Origin: Octopus sinensis
Lineage: Eukaryota
Length of the DNA: 64,000 nucleotides
Direction of reading: 5' to 3'
NCBI RefSeq assembly: GCF_006345805.1
Contig: NC_043012.1
Span: 9,858,001-9,922,000 of the forward strand
This document shows, piece after piece, positions 12,881-24,977 of the stretch (its first letter is position 1; each line of letters begins with the position of its first letter). The notes below the pieces were generated by a model. It saw only the letters and a program-made list of their open reading frames with translations. It ran no database searches and was not told where the DNA came from. A program made the position numbers and the translations under genes.

Positions 12881-13369
12881 TGCTTGTAGTTGTGGTGGGG
12901 TGGTTGTTTCGGTTCGGCGATGGTAGTGACTTTTGTGTGCGCCAATGAAAGTTATTCATTCAACTGTAAGCTTGATTAAGTCATTGACCAGAAGTGGCAT
13001 CTGGGAATTCAGAAGCAATAAATTTGGCAAGAGCTGGTGGTGGTGGTGGTGGTGTGGTGGTGGCAGGGAGCGAGATGATGTTAAACAGAAAATATCTAAT
13101 GACTGTGTAACAATAAACAAATAAGTGTAAACATACTAAACAGCTGTCGATAATTTACAAAACAAAATATTCAATTAACAAACAAATACAAAATAATTAA
13201 ATGAATCACATTTTCTATTGTCCTTTAATTTGGGTAACATAAACACAAGTGAAAATGTTCGATGTATGCATGTGTGTGTTTATATGTATGTTAGTGTGTG
13301 TATGTATACGTGTGTGTTTGTGTGTACGTGAGTGTATCTTTGTTGAAAACGATTTTATTATTTTCCCAA

Positions 13370-13477
13370 TCAGTTCCTCGCGTGGCACCTTGGGTGAAGG
13401 CGTCTCCTGCTATAAATTTTGGCCGAAGAAAGCCTTGTGACTAGATCTGGTAGACGGAAACTGAAAGGAGTCAGTCG

Positions 13478-13511
<34 letters not shown>

Positions 13512-13645
13512 ATGTGTGTGTATGTGTGTGTGTGTTTGTCCACCACTGCCACTTGACAACCGGGGTTAGTGTGTTTACGTCCCTGTAAGTTAGCGCTTCG
13601 ACAAGAGAGTTCGATAGAATAAGTACTAGACTTAGAATAAGTCCT
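13370..13645 (+). mobile_element. SINE family C, partial
   Basis: GCGTGGCACCTTGGG..GCCTTGTGA..GGTAGACGGAAACTGAAAG, internal (TA)/(TG), then GATAGAATAAGTACTAG. Confidence 0.8.
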
Positions 13646-13895
13646 GTGCAATCAACAGAACAGTGGCTGAGCACTCTGCCGACCACGTTTATCCTTAACA
13701 TAGTTCTCACGGAGATTCAGCGTGACGCTGAATGGGACAGGGCCAGCCATTTGAAATACAGGTACAACTCATGTTTGTTAGCTGAATGGCTTGGAGCAAT
13801 GTGAAATAAAGTGACACATCGGGTTGCCGCGAATTGAACTCGTGACCATACGATCGTGAGACAAATACACTAACCATTAAGCCACGTGCCTTCAC
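13645..13895 (-). mobile_element. tRNA-derived SINE family D
   Basis: Minus-strand head GGCACGTGGCTTAATGGTTAG..GAGTTCAATTC. Body matches 9760-9960. Confidence 0.7.
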
Positions 13896-14032
13896 ATTAA
13901 CAAGCATACAATGTACATAAATAAATCACATTTTCTATTGTCCTTTAATTAGAGCGCTATAAACATACATGAAAATGATCAGAGTATGAATCTGTGTGTT
14001 TATGTTTGTAAGTGTATATTTGTATGTTGGTT

Positions 14033-14198
14033 AGGCGCAGGAGTGGCTGTGTGATAAGTAGCTTGCTTACGAACCACATGGTTCCTGGTTCAGTCCCACT
14101 GCGTGGCACCTTGAGCGAGTGTCTTCTACTATAGCCTCGGGCCGACCAAAGCCTTGTGAGTGGATTTGTTAGACGGAAACTGAAAGAAGCCCGTTGTA

Positions 14199-14240
<42 letters not shown>

Positions 14241-14474
14241 AGTGAGTGTATACGTTTGTGTGTCTGTGTTTGTCTTCCCAACATCATTTGACAATCGATG
14301 CTGGTGTGTTTACGTCCCTGTAACTTAGCGGTTCGTCAAAAGACACCGATAAAATAAGTACTAGGCTTACAAAGAATAAGTTCTGGGGTCGATTTGATCG
14401 ACTAAAGGCGGTGCTCCAGCATGGTCACAGTCAAATGACTGAAAAGAAGTAAAAGAGTAAAAGAGTAAAGAGTA
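14033..14474 (+). mobile_element. SINE family C, full length
   Basis: Head GGCGCAGGAGTGGCTGTGTG.TAAG..GGTTCAGTCCC, CORE-like CCTTG.GC.AGTGTCTT, internal (TA)n, tail GGCGGTGCTCCAGCATGG..GACTGAAA and (GTAAAAGA)n. Near-identical to 61645-62092. Confidence 0.9.
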
Positions 14475-15396
14475 GCGTGTATGTGTATGCGCGTTTGGTT
14501 TTGTATGTGCTTGAGTGTGTGTATGTTGAAAACAATTTTATTATCTACCAGCAAATTTATTTTCCCTTACTTCATCCCTCATTTGAGATATGAGAGTTAA
14601 TGTATACATAAATATAACTCTGCCGTTGTACATTATGCCCAGTATTCTTTTAAAACTTAAACCACGTCGAGAATAACACAACCGCCACACATACTATCGC
14701 CTCTACTAACAAACATTCCGCATCCCTGCATAGAGCAACGGTCGCGGATCTGAGACTAGGATTTGCTGCGAAAGGGGATCAGGAAAAGGAGTTTAGTTCT
14801 TCAGACTCCTTACACGGATTCACGATTAGATTTGAACAGTGCACTACAAGTTCCAGTACATCACACGTCAGCACTTTATAACTTGGATAAAAAAAATAGT
14901 ATTGAAATTAAAAACAAGACGAGACAGTTATGAAACCATTTAATTATTTTGCACACAGGTGACTTAATTGATTTCTGTGGACCAAATATTGTCCAATATT
15001 TCGATCGAAAACATTGCAGCCAGTGTGGTGGAACAGTCCATATTACTGATAATTATTTTATCGACCCAAACACGGCATTGTCTAATTTCTCACATCATAA
15101 CGCCGCCACACCTAACCTCTATTTACTTTGTTTATCATAGTGAGGAGTCTAGCATATCAAATGATATTGGTTACACTGATGTGACTCAATTTGCTTTGTT
15201 AATGAAAATCATTTGATTCATGTCTGACAAGCTGATATCTAGAATAAACTGTCCTATTCTGTACCACCATATTCCATTAAAAGTTGTTAGCGAGCGCGAA
15301 TAATCACTGACTCACACACACACACTTATATACATATATTATAATATATATATATATATATATATAATATATATATATATACGTATATATATATAT

Positions 15397-15429
<33 letters not shown>

Positions 15430-15430
15430 G

Positions 15431-15476
<46 letters not shown>

Positions 15477-15502
15477 CTATATATATATAAATATATATGC
15501 AC

Positions 15503-15965
15503 GGGCGGCGAGGATGGCAGAAACGTTAGCACGCCGGGCGAAAAGCGTACCCGTATTTCGTCTGCCGTTACGTTCTGAGTTCAAATTCCGCCGAGGTCGA
15601 CTTTGCCTTTCATCCTTTCGGGGACGATAAATTAAGTACCAGTTACGCACTGGGGTCGATATAATCGACTTAACCCGTCTGTCTGTCCTTGTTTGTCTCA
15701 TCTGTGTTTAGCCCCTTGTGGGTAGTAAAGAAATAGGTATTTCGTCTGCCTTTACGTTGTGAGTTGAAATTCCGCCGAGGTCGACTTTGCCTTTCATCCT
15801 TTCGGGGGTCGATATATTAAGTACCAGTTACGCACTGGGGTCGATATAATCGACTTAATACCTAGGTCTGTCCTCGTTTGTCCCCTCTGTGTTTAGCCCC
15901 TTGTGGGTAATAAAGAAATAGTATTTCGTCTGCCGTTACATTCTGAGTTCAACTTCCGCCGACTT
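15503..15965 (+). mobile_element. SINE family B, two full core units plus the start of a third
   Basis: GTATTTCGTCTGCC..TTACGTT unit starts at ~15553, 15737 and 15921. Confidence 0.9.
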
Positions 15966-15974
15966 TGCGTGTTT

Positions 15975-16180
15975 GTTTGTGTGACTGTGTTTGTCTCCCA
16001 CAACATCGCTTGACAACCGCTGCTGGTGTGTTTACGTCCACGTTACTTAGCGGTTCGGCAAAAGAGACCGAAAGAACTAGGCTTACAAAGAATAAGTCCT
16101 GGGGTCGAATTGCTGGACCAAAGGTGGTGCTCCAGCATGGCTACAGTCAAATGACTGAATCAAGTAAAAGAGTAAAGAGT
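15975..16180 (+). mobile_element. SINE family C 3' half
   Basis: Matches 14260-14470. Confidence 0.85.
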
Positions 16181-16252
16181 ATATATATATATATATACAT
16201 ATGAATAAATAAATAAATGGAGTTGAACGAAGATGTTAACAGAATTCCTTTA

Positions 16253-16334
16253 CTCTCGACACATGTTTCGAAGACAACATGGTTTTATTCCAAAGGAATA
16301 AACGGTGCAAGATGCAATCTTCTCATCAGGAAAG
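16253..16334 (-). ncRNA. type I hammerhead ribozyme
   Basis: Minus strand: CTTTC-CTGATGA-GAAGA..TCTTC-GAAA-C-ATGT-G-TC^GAGAG. Stem I CTTTC/GAGAG, stem II GAAGA/TCTTC, minimal stem III with palindromic ACATGT. Predicted cut at 16258/16257. Confidence 0.85.
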
Positions 16335-16997
16335 AAAGGGAGCCTCTCTCAACAACAAGACAAAACAATAATTGCGATGACTGCCTACGTGGTAAACAAA
16401 ACGATAATAAGTGTTTAAATAAACCGTTAGTAGAATTGACGTCAAAGTTAGATAGTAGGAAGAGAAGAGTTAAAGGAATAATAAGAAGGGAACAAGTAGA
16501 GAGGGAGGGGTGCGTTGATTAAAAGAATGTTCAAACGCTTAGGAAAGAATTTCTCTATTGAAGTGGAGTGCACGTTAAGCTAATTGTTCAAGCTATAATG
16601 ACTATCGAAATCATTTATATGAGTAAAAAGTATGTTTCTGCCAGTGTTTACATTTGTACTTATAGAAAAATCGTAAAATGTAAACACTGGCAGAAACAAA
16701 CTTTTTACTCATATAAATGATTTCGATAGTCATTATAGCTTGAACAATTAGCTTAACGTGCACTCCACTTCAATAGAGAGATTCTTTCCTAAGCGTTTGA
16801 ACATTCTGTTAATCAACGCACCCCTCCCTCTCTACTTGTTCCCTACTTATTATTCCTTTAACTCTTCTCTTCCTACTATCTAACTTTGGTGTCAATTCTA
16901 CTAACGGTTTTTTAAAACACTTATTATCGTTTGTTTACCACGTAGGCAGTCATCGCAATTATTGTTTTTTGTCTTGTTGTTGAGAGAGGCTCCCTTT

Positions 16998-17080
16998 CTT
17001 TCCTGATGAGAAGATTGCATCTTACAACCGTTTATTCCTTTGGAATAAAACCATTGTGTCTTCGAAATATATGTCGAGAA
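16998..17080 (+). ncRNA. type I hammerhead ribozyme (mirror copy)
   Basis: CTTTC-CTGATGA(17003-17009)-GAAGA..TCTTC-GAAA(17064-17067)-TATAT-GTC^GAGAA. Stem III is weakened to a U.G pair. Confidence 0.72.
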
Positions 17081-17327
17081 TAAAGGAATTTTGTTAACAA
17101 CTTCGTTTCAACCATTTATTTATTATTCATATATAACACACAAATTTCTGCACATGAACCCGGAGTTTCTACCCTTGGACAGGTCGCTTCAACCGTGTTT
17201 CTGACGTGAATTTGCTACCCTGGTATCGGTTCATCGAATTTTCCATGTTGACGGTAAACTTAGGACAATTCATTCACCTATCGATATATATATCTATATA
17301 TATATATATATTATATATATATATATA

Positions 17328-17951
17328 CAAAATTAGAAAATGGGAGAGACATACTTAAATCAATCAAACATCAACCATCAGATATACCCAATCAATACTT
17401 TATTACACCATTACATAACAGCAAAGACATTATACAAAATATATTGTAAATATAATTAGACAAGGAAATAGAAATATAAAATATAATTATATCATATCTG
17501 ACAGCTGTTTCGGCCGTGAGGACAAGTATGCCTCATTTAACATATAAGCCATATAAGGCAGGTATAAATGAGACATTAACAAGGGTGTCCCACGGCCTCT
17601 TCAGAGAATTTAATTTATTATAAATGTTAAAAAAAATTTTTTACATATAAATATAAAAATATAAAATATAAAAATGTGTGCATAGACACTCATAATACTA
17701 CACACATATATATATATACACATTAATACAATAATACAAAATAAACAAAATATATCAATATACATTAACAAACAAAGTTATTTTACATATTGGACTCCTA
17801 GTTCCATAACTAACCTCAAGGAAAATATATGCAGACTCACATTTAAATTTAAATCAGACATATATACATAAAAATAATAAAAAAACACACAGTTCAGTTC
17901 ATAAAATTATAACCCTACAAAAAGTCAATAAAAATTACTATTAATATTATT

Positions 17952-17989
<38 letters not shown>

Positions 17990-18020
17990 CAACCATGACT
18001 GTACCAAGTACATCAACCGA
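17328..18020 (-). mobile_element. Penelope-like element 3' terminal remnant between (TA)n tracts
   Basis: Contains a canonical hammerhead, a downstream AATAAA (plus-strand TTTATT near 17400) and a terminus similar to the element at 59560. Confidence 0.6.
17496..17608 (-). ncRNA. type I hammerhead ribozyme, canonical core
   Basis: Minus strand: TCT-CTGAAGA-GGCCGTG(GGAC..GTCC)..CACGGCC-GAAA-CAGCTG-TC^AGA. 7-bp stem II and palindromic stem III ACAGCTGT. Predicted cut at 17500/17499. Confidence 0.88.
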
Positions 18021-18061
18021 AATATATATATATATATATAGGTGTATGTGTGTGTGTGTGT

Positions 18062-18280
18062 GTGGAGGCGCGTGGCTTAGTGGTTAGGGTGTCAGCATCA
18101 TGATCGTAAGATTGTGGTTTCGATTCCTGGACCGGCGACGCGTTGTGTTCTTGAGAAAACACATCATTTCACGTTGCTCCAATCCACTCAGCTATTAAAA
18201 ATGAGTAACGCTGCGATGTGCTGGTGTCCCGTCCAGCTGGGGAACTCATAGGCCATTGAAACCGGGAAACCGGGCTTATG
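18062..18280 (+). mobile_element. tRNA-derived SINE (A/D-related head, CORE-like body)
   Basis: GGAGGCGCGTGGCTTAGTGGTTAGGG..GGTTTCGATTCCT, then TGTGTTCTTGAGAAAACAC. Confidence 0.8.
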
Positions 18281-18296
18281 TATGTATTTCTTAGTA

Positions 18297-19008
18297 AGTG
18301 TAGGAGTGGCTGTATGGTAAGAAGCTTAACTCCCACTGTGCATGCCTCATACCACCAATTGAAGTTACCACACGAGTTTGAAGCTGGTCAAATAGTGATT
18401 AAGAAAAAGGCTCAACTGTAAGGTAAGACTTTTGATTTTGGGGTCCAGTGGGGGTTTGTTGTTTGCCGTAATTATTTTTTTTACAAACAAGAAATCCTCA
18501 CTGGATTCTGGACTCTGGTCTGCCTGCGGTTGAGTGAATAGTTTTTCTCACTTAATTGTAAGAATTGGTGTTTGGGGCCGTTCTCATTTTTCAAAATTTT
18601 TTTCACTTTTAGTGAATAGTTTTTTTCAAAAATTATGAGAATTCACCGACATCTCTTACCAATTCTTTTGTTCCGAGTTGTGGGGTTCGAGGTTGAAGTT
18701 GGATTACCCAAATGATATATTATATATATACATATAAATATATTATATATATATATATATATATAGTATTATATATATATATGCAGGTATGTATGTATTT
18801 CGTGTCTGGTTTGTCACCCCACCTTCACTTGACAGCTAGAGTTGGTGTTTACGACCCGTAAATTAGCGGTTCGAAAAAAGACATCGATAGAATAAGTTCT
18901 AAGCTTACAAACAATAAGTTCTGGGGTCGATTTGTTCGACTAAAGGCGGTGCTCCGGCATGGCCGCACTTAAATGACTGAAACAATTGAAAGAAGAAAAG
19001 AATAAGAA
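18297..19008 (+). mobile_element. SINE family C head and 3' half separated by ~400 bp of unrelated sequence
   Basis: Head GTAGGAGTGGCTGTATGGTAAG at 18300. 3' half 18800-19008 matches 14260-14470. Confidence 0.7.
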
Positions 19009-19763
19009 TGTGTATATATATGAGATTACATACATAACGTTGATAAAAATAGTATAAATCAGATACAAGCTGGTAGTTATCATAATTTCCTTCATTGGAA
19101 GTACCACATCAAACGTAAATTCTTTTAGGTACCCCAGGGAGAAATTACTCTACCGAGTCACATGGTATTGCATGTATTAGAAGACTGAAAATCTAATTCT
19201 CAAATCTAATTTCGGAAATACTCTGAAAGAGTTTCGCTCGGTGTGTAGATGTGTTTGTTTCATTTTATGACTGTCCAATCGGATACGTACCAGAAACTTG
19301 AAACTAAGAAGGCTCGAACATTCATGCATCTACTTTACGCCTTTTCAGATAAGTCTTGGAAAGAACGCCCTACCATGGAGTCCTTAAACATTAAGCTGAT
19401 GTGGAATACAGAAACGTAATGTCGGATGCACTATTAAGTTCCATCCTCGTGTTATACGTGTATGTATGTATGTATGTATTATGTATGTATATGTGTGTGC
19501 ATGCGTGCGTGTGTTTAGCGTATTCCGAGTAGAACCTCATAATACGCGTTCAAGAGCACATACGTCGTTGTGTGGCTATCGAATATTATTATACCTCTGG
19601 ATATTTTTGAGGTATGGATATACATGCGGAAATCTTTCTCCGTAGGATTACTATGATAATAGTAATAATGATAACAATAATAATAATAATAATAAAAAAA
19701 AAAAAAAAATAATAATAATAATGATAATAATGGTAATAATAATAATAATGATAATAATGATAA

Positions 19764-20225
19764 TAATCCGTTTGTCTGTCCTTGTTTGTCCCCTCTGTGT
19801 TTAGCACCGCTTTCATTACTACCGACAAGGGGCTAAACACAGAGGGGACAAACAAGGACAGACAAACGGATTAAGTCGATTACATCGACCCCAGTCCGTA
19901 ACTGGTACTTAATTTATCGATTCCGAAAGGATGAAAGGCAAAGTCGACCTCGGCGGAATTTGAACTCAGAACGTAACGGCAGATGAAATGCTTATTTCAT
20001 TACTACCTACAAGGGGCTAAACACAGAGGGGGAAACATGGACAGACAAACGGATTAAGTCGATTACATCGACTCCAGTGTGTAACTGGTACTTATTTAAT
20101 CGACCCCGCCAAGATAAAAGGCAAAGCCGACCTCGGCGGAATTTGAACTCAGAACTTAGCGGCAGACGAAATATTGCTAAGCATTTCGCCCGGCGTGCTA
20201 TCGATTTTGCCAGAACCGCCGCCTT
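19764..20225 (-). mobile_element. SINE family B dimer with an inverted copy of its 3' end
   Basis: Two reverse-complement units. 19764-19805 is inverted relative to 19831-19872. Confidence 0.88.
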
Positions 20226-20243
20226 TTGATAATAATGATGATG

Positions 20244-20311
<68 letters not shown>

Positions 20312-21099
20312 TAATAATCTAAAGAAGCTTAACTGGATAATACTACTCTAGGAAGAAGGATATTTCAGTAACGGGCGAATATTGTAACATTTAGAAAGCA
20401 AAAAAATAGTAAAGTCATCGGAAAAATAGACGAAGGAGAGGTCAAATCACAAAGTGGTTGAACTTGGTGATAGCAAGTGAAGCGTAACGATGATGAGAAA
20501 GAAATCAAAAGACATTGGTGGCCATAAAACTAACACAAATTTTATTTATTTTTGTCCTGTTAAAATACTTCATCTTAGATAAGTAAAAGGCCATCATAGG
20601 TTTTATTCATATTTTGAATTTATTATTTTTGTTTTTAAGTTTACTTTTATTTGACCAGCACTATCGCTTCGATAAGTTGGTTTTTTTGTTTGTTTGGTAT
20701 ATTCTCTGCCCTCATCAAAGCAGTTTAACATGAAGGTTATATTGCCCCTGTTATTATTAGCATTATCGTTGTTGTTGTTGTAGTTGCCATTATTGCAATG
20801 AGCTTTTTGGTTTGTTAATCGTTAGCGCCACACAACACAGGAATGTACTTATTGGAATGATGGGAGGCATTGAGATGGTAAAATCAGAAATAATAAGCAG
20901 CTTCTAATAGTACTTCATCCGATGAAGCACACGCAGGCAGCTGCCGTTGAACAATATTCAAATACGTTGTAATTATTAAGAGTAATCCTTCATAATGTTC
21001 AGTGAATATGAACCGGGCAACTTAAAGCTGATGGGGGTGAAGAAACATAATGCCGTGATGCATTATTAATCTTGTAACGCCATCGTGTGCTATGTATGT

Positions 21100-21665
<566 letters not shown>

Positions 21666-21690
21666 ATATATATATATATATATATATATA

Positions 21691-22680
21691 TTTAAAAAAC
21701 GTGTAGAGAAACGTATACTCAATACATAGACGAACTGAAAACACAGAAGGTCGACCAGAGAGTCAAGCGCAATTTCACCCATTATCGATAATATTGATTC
21801 CACTCTGGAGGCACCGGCAAAAAACTTGCTGGGAATGGGACCAAAATATAACGAATCAATAAACAGAATGACGGCTTAGGGCCATACAAAGACGACAATT
21901 AAAATGATAATAATGCATATACAGCAAAAAAAAAGCTTTAGAGCTGCAAGACAAAAATAGGTAAAGTGAAGGAGAAATGATAAACAGCTCGAAAGGACAA
22001 TAAAAACGGGAGGTATAGATCGAGGAGCTCAGAAATTCAGGACCAGTCCGATCGAAGGCAACGTAAAAAAACAATGACACCGCCTTAGGCCGTCGCGGAT
22101 CAGGTGATAGTAGGAGGAGGGTAACAGAGAAAGACGGACAGTAAGGGAGAGAGAGGGAGAGAAAGGAAGGAAATTAAGATGAGCGAGGACCTCGTCTTTC
22201 TCTTTTACCATCCTCCCACTATCACCTGATCCGCGACGGACTAAGGCGGTGTCATTATTTTTTGCGTTGCCTTCGACCGGACAGTTTACGACTTTCTGAG
22301 CTCCTCGCTCTAACCCTACCGTCTGTATAGTCATTTAGGACAGTTTTTCATTTCTCCTTCGCGTTACCCATTTTTGTCTAGTCTTACACCCCTAAGGCTT
22401 TTTTTTTGCTGTATATGTATTCTTATTCTTATTTTAATTGTTGTCTTCGTGTGGCCCTAAGCCTTCATTCTGTTTATTGTTTTGTCATGTTTGTCTCATT
22501 CCCGGCAAGTTTCTTGCCGATGCCTCCAGAGTGGGGGCAATATTATCGATAATGGCCGAAATTGTGCTTGATCTTCACACCGATACCTGAAGGGGATTTT
22601 GGTGGCCTTCTGTGCTTTCCGTTCGTCTGTGTATTTACTAAATGTTTGTATGTTTATTTTCAACACGTTTTTTAAAAATT
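21691..22680. mobile_element. fold-back element with ~450-490 bp diverged inverted arms in (TA)n
   Basis: 21691-22138 is the reverse complement of ~22192-22678 (e.g. TGACACCGCCTTAG.CCGTCGCGGATCAGGTGATAGT / ACTATCACCTGATCCGCGACGG.CTAAGGCGGTGTCA). Purine-rich spacer. Confidence 0.8.
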
Positions 22681-22764
22681 ATATATATATATATCATATC
22701 TTCCGCTGTCCTTTTATTTAACCCTGAAAATATTATCAATGTAACACACGCATTCATTAATCTT

Positions 22765-22850
<86 letters not shown>

Positions 22851-23180
22851 CTCTGTCTATGGACGTGCTGTCACTTCGACTCCGAAGGTAATCATTTATT
22901 TTGACTATTTATAGCTCAATTTTTGTGAACATTTTTGTAAATAAGTTGTGTAAGGCACCCAACTTTCGTTTGAGTGCTTTTCCAAGGGAGGAATTCGCCC
23001 CTAGGGGCAGTTTCAACCCCATTTCATTTCTGTAATTTTCTTCTAGACATTAGAAAATGTCTAGAAATTTTATTGTAGAACGCTGGTCGCGTTCTTTTAT
23101 TGACCAGCATTTTCCTAGTTTGGAAACAATAGGAGAAAAAAAACGTCCGCGCGCTAAGTGCAAATATAAATATCGGTGAA

Positions 23181-24920
23181 ATGAACGCTGCAACCACGTG
23201 CGGTAACAGCCCTGTCACCACCACCACAAACAACAGCAACCACGAGACTACTACTGCTACCACCACCACCACCACTACCACGACCAACATAAATGGTAAA
23301 AATGAAACTCGCACGAAAACTATTGACAAAAACAACAGCAACAACAAGAACAACAATAAAAATGAACTATCTAATAGTGAAGATGTAATACAAAAAAAAT
23401 CAACAACAGTAAATTTCGCGGACACTCTTCGCCAGAAGAAAGAAATAGTAACATTCACAAATGAAGAGCTCATAGAAACTAGAGCTCTCTTTACAACCCG
23501 TGGACAAGATTTAGTGCTGCATACACCTCAACATATAAAGCAAGAAATAGAAAATAAGACAATTGTATATAAAATTATTAAAAAAACAAAAAACTAAATG
23601 AACAGATTACAAAAACTGATGTGGAAAAATGTTTAAAAAACATAATGAAAGAAAAAGAGTATATAAACTGGGGTCCCCAGTTTAACACAGTAGTGGTCCG
23701 CTTCCCTAACCAGGAAGTGGCAAAAGCTCACTCTACTGAGTCTCTGGGAAATGATGAAATCATCATGGTCCCATACTACAAAAACCAGAGAGTGAGTCGA
23801 ATCACAATTAAAAATGTACCTCCCGAACTTCCTAACAAATGGATAACAGGGGCAATCTGTTACCATTTAAAAAATATTAATATTTTGGAGACCGCCGTGT
23901 ACCCTGGCGACATTTGGGGTGGGAAGACAATAGTGGTGACCATCCAGATTGAGGGGGCCTCTATCGAGAACCTACCGGATAAGATCCACTTGGAGAATGG
24001 GCATTGCCTATATGTTGTGGCAGAAGGCAAAAAGCTTAGATGCTTCAAATGTGGCAGCCCCGAACATTTGATTGCCAAGTGCGATCTGGTACAGAAAAAA
24101 CAAGAAAGAACAAATCAGAAAACAAATAAAATCCCTTTGTTGCCAACACCAACACCAACACCAACACACTCAATTATAGAACAATGCCAAGAAAAACAAC
24201 AAACCAACGAACAAACCGCAACGACATCACCAAGAAAAGAAACAGTACCAACACAATCACCGCTGACTTCACAACCAATTAAACCTGTTGAATTAACAAA
24301 AAATAGACCCACACCCACACCCAGGACGACAATTAAAAAGACAGAAAACACTGACGAGAAGACAAATGCTACCCATAATACCACAACAACACAAACACCG
24401 CACAAAACATCAACAATTTATACAAGCATACATAGTAATGCAAATTTTTGCCTCTACCCCATACTGATACGTCGGACGACGAAAGTTCGACGGAATGGCA
24501 AATAGCCACAGGGGGTAAAAGAAAAAGATCCAAAAAATCCACCAAACAAGGAAGTAAAGCAGGGAGATATCTAACTCAGGACAACATCTCCCTAGACAAT
24601 CAAAAAGTAATGAACCCGTAAAACCACACACACAACTAACTGCAATAGACACAGACAATAAAGAATTAATGGACTACATCAAATCTAACATGGTCATCTG
24701 TGAAGATGACTTTAAGACAAACAATCATCCGCACACCACACCACCGAAACACATCAGAATTTTACACATAACACAAGCACAACACCACATACTGAAAACA
24801 ATATTTCCGAATGCGGTAGGCGGGTATCAACGATACCTGTCGAAAAAACTATACAAACACCTCATCAAAAACAATACAAAAGAAGAAGAAAAAAATGAAA
24901 CTTTTAAAATGAGTAAGTGA
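23181..24920 (+). CDS. ORF1 (gag-like, CCHC zinc knuckle), interrupted by frameshifts
   Basis: ORF pieces 23181-23597, 23621-24505 and 24669-24920. RRM-like ITIKNVPPEL segment, CFKCGSPEHLIAKC knuckle and a Thr/Pro-rich tail. Confidence 0.8.
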
Positions 24921-24977
24921 CCTCACTTCTTGCCTCTTGTCTCTTCTAATATAGTGTGTAAAACATAATTTTCGTAA

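Larger units (their letters stand above)
16197..17283 (+). mobile_element. fold-back non-autonomous Penelope-like element: ~460 bp inverted arms plus ~150 bp one-sided extension, in (TA)n
   Basis: 16197-16655 is the reverse complement of 16676-17134 (spacer ~20 nt). Hammerhead motif in each arm; (TA)n on both flanks. Confidence 0.8.

Noticed and set aside
14949-15140. Possible exon (IDFCGP..CSQC) after a TTTGCACACAG acceptor
   Set aside because: No partner exons or recognisable domain.
16217-16522. 101-aa ORF in the palindrome arm
   Set aside because: No recognisable domain, and it runs antisense to the hammerhead; the mirror arm carries indels.
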